From Reclinomonas americana ATCC 50394 (lineage: Eukaryota): DNA of 32,381 bases. The stretch is taken from positions 1-32,381 of the forward strand of contig PS015117.1 in assembly GCA_048213135.1 (NCBI GenBank), read 5' to 3'. The stretch's first letter is position 1; every line of letters begins with the position of its first letter. Both the position numbers and the translations under genes were made by a program. The notes beneath the pieces are model-generated. The model saw only the letters and a program-made list of their open reading frames with translations. It searched no databases and was not told the origin of the DNA. Positions 25,095-32,381 of this stretch are shown piece by piece.

Positions 25095-26780
25095 ATGCAC
25101 AGACGTGGCTCTGAATTCGAAGAGATTGTTGCTGATCTTTCAAACTTCCTGGCGAAACCGATGGCACCCTTCGCCGTCTCCGGCTCGTTCCACCACACCG
25201 CGCCGCTCGTGCTCAGTCACGTGCAGTCGGGTATGGTGATCTCACTCGGCCAGTCCACCGAGGCCCAGCTGCAGCTGGAGGCCTTCTTCCAGCTGTGTCG
25301 ACCCGCCGGCTTTGGTCGTGGCACCGAGACGGTGTTTGACCCCACCGTGCGCCGCGCCGGGGCAATGGACGCCAACACCGAGTTCATCACCAACTTCAAC
25401 CTCTCCAGTCAGCCACCGCAGCAGATGATGAACGCGGTGGCGACCTTGCTGCGCCCACAGGCGGCCCCCTACACCATCTCGGCCGAACTGTATCGCCTGA
25501 ACGTGTATGGCGAGGGCGACTTTTTCAGCGCGCATCGCGACACGCCGGACTCGGAAGACATGTTTGGATCGCTGGTGGTGTGCCTGCCGTCGGCCTTCAC
25601 CGGCGGTGAGTTGCGGCTGCGTGCGGCCACCGGCACCATGGTGGTCGACTGGGCGCCACAGTCGACCACTGCCGGGCTGGTGCAGTGGACGGCGTTCTAT
25701 GGCGACACGGAGCACGAAATTTCGTCGGTGACGAGTGGACGCCGCCTCACTCTCACCTATCGGCTGTACGACAGGCCCTCCCGGAAGATCAGAGAGACGG
25801 CGGCGACGGCGGCGGCGGCGACGGTGCCGGCGAGCGTGCCCTCCTCACTGCACGTGTCGTCGGCGCCGGCCGATATCGATGGCCATATGCATGGTGAGGC
25901 AGCAGATCCCACAGCCGGATCCGGATCTGGATCCGGATCAGGGACGTCTGCGAGCGTTGGCAGCAGTGCTGCCGCCGGCGCCGTGCAACGCGCCGCAGTG
26001 GAGACGTCGACCGGTACCTCTCAGTCCGCCGACTTGGCGAAAATGCTGCGGACGTATTGCCAGCTGATACTTCACAAGTTCGAAGGCAAGGAATGGCTGG
26101 TATATCACTGCCAGCACTTGTACGGCATTGGTGGCAAGGCAGGCGGGCCGTTGCCTGCACCGGAGCAGCTCAAGGGCAACGACGGCCTGATGTTCTTGGC
26201 GATGCAGACGCTGCTGCTGCAGAGCTCGAGCACCACTGCGAGTGCTGGCGATGTGCGCATTTGTCGCAAAGTGACGCTTCCTCTGGAAGCTGTCGGCCGC
26301 ACCAGAAAGGACAGATTTTACAGCTGGCACATGCGCAAAGAGGCCGACGCCCCGCGGCCGGAAAGCGAGCGGCAGCATATGCTTGAGGGCTTCGTCTCGC
26401 ACTTTCCGCAGGCACAGCAGCACTACCTCGTGCAGGCTGGCCTGCGTGCCGTGCGTGATCAGTTCGGCGAAGAGTACGAAGGCGGCGAGCTCGAGGATGA
26501 GGATCCGGACGTCGACGATGGCATCTATGACACCGTTTCGGCTGGCTTGGACGTGGACTTGGTCGCGACGTGCACCGACGACTTGAGAGGTTATCGCTCG
26601 TCGTACTACGGGCGACCGTCGAACGTCCTCACGATCGGCCACAGAAATGTTGAGTTCCAGCGGAGCTGTGCCTTCGACACCGGCAACGACGGAGGCAGTG
26701 TGGACCACTTCTACGAGTACGTTGTGCTCGTAATGCCGCTGTCGAAGGATGTGTTTGGCGAGCAGTCGACGCCGCAGTGA
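25095..26780 (+). CDS. Intronless 2-oxoglutarate/Fe(II)-dependent dioxygenase (prolyl-4-hydroxylase-like, 2OG-FeII_Oxy_3 type), ~561 aa
   Basis: Single ORF with AELYRLNVYGEGDFFSAHRDT (HxD), MFGSLVVCLPSAFTGGEL, AFYGDTEHEISSVTSGRRLTLTY (distal His, 2OG-binding Arg) and C-terminal GND...Y motif. The start is uncertain (ATG 25095; frame open from 24906). Confidence 0.9.
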   Translation: MHRRGSEFEEIVADLSNFLAKPMAPFAVSGSFHHTAPLVLSHVQSGMVISLGQSTEAQLQLEAFFQLCRPAGFGRGTETVFDPTVRRAGAMDANTEFITNFNLSSQPPQQMMNAVATLLRPQAAPYTISAELYRLNVYGEGDFFSAHRDTPDSEDMFGSLVVCLPSAFTGGELRLRAATGTMVVDWAPQSTTAGLVQWTAFYGDTEHEISSVTSGRRLTLTYRLYDRPSRKIRETAATAAAATVPASVPSSLHVSSAPADIDGHMHGEAADPTAGSGSGSGSGTSASVGSSAAAGAVQRAAVETSTGTSQSADLAKMLRTYCQLILHKFEGKEWLVYHCQHLYGIGGKAGGPLPAPEQLKGNDGLMFLAMQTLLLQSSSTTASAGDVRICRKVTLPLEAVGRTRKDRFYSWHMRKEADAPRPESERQHMLEGFVSHFPQAQQHYLVQAGLRAVRDQFGEEYEGGELEDEDPDVDDGIYDTVSAGLDVDLVATCTDDLRGYRSSYYGRPSNVLTIGHRNVEFQRSCAFDTGNDGGSVDHFYEYVVLVMPLSKDVFGEQSTPQ

Positions 26781-26964
26781 TGGCATTCTGATTTTGGAAC
26801 GTCTTCCGTATATATTTCGTGTTGTTTTTTGACTGTGAGTTTTTAATGGGACTCTCTAGCTCTCCTGAGTGAAACCCTTTTCTCATGGTTCATCTCGAGT
26901 GAGATACATGCGCAGCGGTGAAGATCGCAGTTCTCGACTTGTTCGGATCTGGATCCGAGAGCGA

Positions 26965-27153
26965 ACAAAACAAAACACTTCACCACATTCCAGTAATGCG
27001 ATAAGCGCCTACAAATATCTTGCCGACAATGACCTTGGCACACCAACAATATACAAACACATATATAGATAATCTTTTTCAACAGTCATCTTACCTTTCA
27101 GGAGGCAAAGCCCACCAAACGCGTGTTGGCCTCGAGAGGATTTCGTGGCGCAG
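26965..27153 (+). repeat. Intergenic direct repeat, copy 2
   Basis: Collinear diverged copy of 23637-23824, just downstream of the oxygenase stop. Confidence 0.9.
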
Positions 27154-27475
27154 CGCAAACAAATACGAAAATGCAAAAAGTCCTTGTTTTGACGAACGCG
27201 CAACAGCACATTCTCCTCCATACTATATACCCAGCACCACTCAAGAGACGTCGACGGCGCATGCAAGCGAGCTGGATCCGGATCCTGGGGCGAGCAGAAA
27301 AACGTCGCACTCCACTGACTCTCAACACGCAACGCATGATCATCGAGCAGCAGACACCAAACGTACGCCGAACACACTCACTCTTCTCCGAAATACCCAC
27401 GCACTTTAGTTGCATTTTGGAAGTTGTCCACACGACACGTCCTGTATACAGCACTTCATTCTCTGTTGGCAAAGC

Positions 27476-29682
27476 ATGAGCTCTCCAGAACGCAAACGCC
27501 GTCGCCTCTCACCCGCCACCATCACCAACAGTCTTCCACGCGAGCAGGAATCAAGAAAGCAGGAAGAGGAGGACGAGGAGGAACAGAGAGCATCCTCACC
27601 TCTCATCGACCTCGTGCTCAACAAGAGTCACTCGGGCGGTACTCTGTGCGACGGTGATACCCGGTCGACATCGACTGCGTCCAGAGCAAGACAGCGGCGT
27701 GGGATGAGACGACACGTGGCAGGCGGCAGTGCGGAAAGTTGAGTTGGATCACTCTCTACTCTTCTTCTTCTTTTCTCTCCTCTTCCCCTCTCTTCTCTTC
27801 TCATCTCTGTTCACTCTTTGCTTCTCCTCGGTTCTCTTCGCGGTTCTCTTCTCTCATCATCTCTTCTCTTCGCCTCTCTTCTCTCTCTCTCTCTCTTTCA
27901 TCTCTTCTCTCTCTCTTCATCCCATCCACTCTCCTTCTTTTCTCTTCTCTTCTCTTGTTCTCTTGTCTTCTCATTCTCATCTCTTGTCATCTCGTCTGCT
28001 CCCCTCCGTAACTCCCTGTTGTCTCCTCTCCTTTATCTCTTCTCTTGTCTTGTCTCCTCTTCTCTCCTCATCTCATCTTTTCTCTTCTCTCATCTCCTCT
28101 CATCCCTTAACTACACATCTCATTCTTTCTCATTTCGCTTCTCGTCTCTCCTCTCTTCTCTTCTTCTCACTTCTTCTCTTCTCCTCCTCTCGTCTTCTCT
28201 CTCCTCTCTCCCCTTCCCTTCCCTTTCTTATCTTCATCTCTCTCTTCTTCTCTCATCTTCTCTTCCCTTCTCATTCTCCTCTTCCCGGCTCTTGTCTCCC
28301 CGTCTCATTCTCTTCTCCTCTCTCTCCTCTCGTCTTCTCCCTCCTCTCATCCCTTCACTTCCCTTCCTTCTCTTCTCCTCTCTCGTCTTCTCTCTCGTCT
28401 TCTCTCATCTTCTCTCTATTCTTCTCTCATCTTCTTCCATTCTCTCCTCCTCACCTCTCTATCATCTCTTCTCTTCTTCTCACTTCTTCTCTTCCCTTCT
28501 CCTCCTCCTCCTCCTCCTCCCCCTCGCAGACCCCATCAGCCTCGACGACGACGACGGCGGCGGCGGCGACGACGCACAAGGCGACGTGGTGGCGGCACTG
28601 GCCGACGTCGAGAGCACCGCCTCCTTCCCATTCCTCGACCTGGAGGACGACGATGACGACGCGCGATTGGCCGCCGAGCTGCAGCGACAAGAGGACGAGG
28701 CGTATGCGCGACAGTTGGCGGCTGCGGAGAGTGAGCCTGTTGCGGTGTTGGATATCACGGGTGATGAGGAGCGAGAGGTCGACAGGGCGAGCGCGCCCGC
28801 GGCGGCCTTGGTGTCGACGTCGGCGGTGCTGACTCCGTGGTTGCTGGAGGCGCCCCTGTGTACGGTGCACATTCCGTCGGCGACGCAGCGAGATACAGGG
28901 CCGACGTGTGGCTGGTGGTGCGTCTTCAATGCCAAGGCCTTGCAGGAGTATTTGCAGGCGCAGTGGGCGCAGGGTGGAGGTGAATTGGTGGCGGCCGAGG
29001 TGCGCAAGAGGGCGGAGGAGCTGTTTCGCGGTGGCCGAGGTGAGGTGGGGGAAGGGAGTAGGAAAAGTAAGCAAGTGGTGTGGATTTTGTGCTCATCATT
29101 CTGCTGCAAAGGACCCTCTCGCGCCCCGCGTGGCACGCTGCTCACCGACGAAGTGCAGCACTTGGCGTTTTCGTGCGACCTGCACAATTGCAGCATTGTG
29201 GGTGCCGCCGACGACGCAGTGAGCAGCCCCGTGGCGTTTCTCATGATTCCCAACTTGCGCGTCTCGAAGGCCGAGGCTACGGCCGCCACGAATCGCTCGC
29301 TGACAGAGCGGCAGCGGCAGGCGGCGCATGCGGCTCTACTTGCCAAGCACACGCCGCAAGTGATGCAGCGCCTGACCACGGGGCTGATTGCTGCGGCGGC
29401 CGTCGAGCGCACGCCTGTTCTGCACCACTTTGTGTGCTACCTGCACACGCTACGTCACTGGATTCTCGTGTCGGCCGTCGTGCATCCGAGTGGGCGTGTG
29501 GACTTGATCTTGCTGGACTCGCTGAATGGAGCGTATTCGCCGCATTCGGCGGTGGGCCTTGAGGTGCGCCGTGTGGTGCAGTTTGTGCGGCGCTATCTCC
29601 CAGTGTGCCAGGTGAATGGCGCGTCGGTGTTTGCTGGCAGCGAGTCGGTGGTGTTGTCTGACTGTGAGTGCAGACGCGGTGA
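27476..29682 (+). CDS. Putative SIM/UIM-containing papain-fold cysteine peptidase (candidate deubiquitinase/Ubl protease)
   Basis: Exons 27476-27737, 28530-29039, 29112-29611, 29674-29682 (last exon tentative; unspliced frame stops at 29704). N-terminal KRRR, spliced GSAENPISLDDDD, UIM-like DDDARLAAELQRQEDEAYARQLAAAE, then QRDTGPTCGWWCVFNA ... HWILVS ... LILLDSLN. Confidence 0.7.
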
Positions 29683-30324
29683 GATGACCACACGTGCCGG
29701 GTGAATGAGGTACAAGCATGAGGTCGTGCGACGAGGTGTCGCAGAGGGACGCGACCGCGATGTGCTGCGGGCGAGACTCCTTGGCCCCAGGGTGCCGGGA
29801 TGGCGCAGTCGGCGCAAGTGTGCACGAAAGGGCACTGGAGAGAAGGAGAGAGAGATGCAGCTGAGCAATCGATACTGCGTTGACGGTATCAGCATCATGC
29901 TTATGACGGAGTGTATGCTCAATCCTGATCTGTTGCCGATATCGTCTAGGGCGCATGTCTGAGATACCACTACATAGCTGGGAAAGTAGTGGAAGGTGCT
30001 GTTATAGATATACACCTATTCACATCGTCAGACTTTCTTAGTTTTTCTGTACTCGATCGGCGTTCGGCATCCCTACTGTTGGCACAGAATGATCAGCTGT
30101 AGGGAGAGAGAGAGAGAGAGAGAAGAAAACGTGCAGAATCACCTCGTTCGATGCTGGATTTCATTTGCTTCTGTATTACTGGCGTGCCGCACAGCAACAA
30201 ACACGCGTCCTCACCAAACCCCGACAAAAAAGCAGAGAAACGCACGACACGCGCGCGAACAAACGCAAACTGAGTCATGATCCTCGTCCAAAAATCACCA
30301 TACCTCTCACACCCTCACTCGAGA

Positions 30325-32381
<2,057 letters not shown>

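Noticed and set aside
23637-27153. LTR retrotransposon or DNA transposon
   Set aside because: No gag/pol or transposase, TG..CA termini, primer-binding site, TIR or target-site duplication visible; gap content is unknown.
27729-28529. Hydrophobic L/S/F-rich ORFs as membrane proteins (also 14880-15290, 19732-20570)
   Set aside because: These are pyrimidine-rich introns with frame-consistent GT-AG boundaries.
1834-29682. Alternative genetic code or U12-type introns
   Set aside because: All models translate in the standard code without internal stops; no AT-AC ends or GTATCCTT donors were seen.
29705-29962. 85-aa ORF downstream of the peptidase gene
   Set aside because: No motifs; most likely 3' UTR, although an alternative terminal exon cannot be excluded.

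Overview
Draft-quality, intron-rich eukaryotic (protist-like) genomic DNA with GC-rich exons, microsatellite-laden introns and four N-gaps. Manual splicing with frame checks gives: (1) kinesin motor N-terminal exons on the - strand (243-617) facing away from (2) a + strand gene (1834-12631) encoding the kinesin motor C-end plus a giant coiled-coil stalk with 63-aa repeats (~2,200 aa); (3) a convergent 26+ exon DDB1/SF3B3/CPSF160-family triple beta-propeller gene (23174-12680, -); (4) an intronless 2OG-Fe(II) oxygenase (25095-26780) flanked by diverged direct repeats; (5) a SIM/UIM-bearing candidate papain-fold isopeptidase (27476-29682); (6) the start of a second kinesin-like gene with a degenerate P-loop (30325 to end). 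The strongest novel signal: 16 of 54 mapped 5' splice sites form a '+1 shifted' class (N|GTTGCG, GTTGAG, GTTAAG etc.) lacking both -1G and +5G, while almost all other donors have -1G. All exon calls are manual and lack transcript support.
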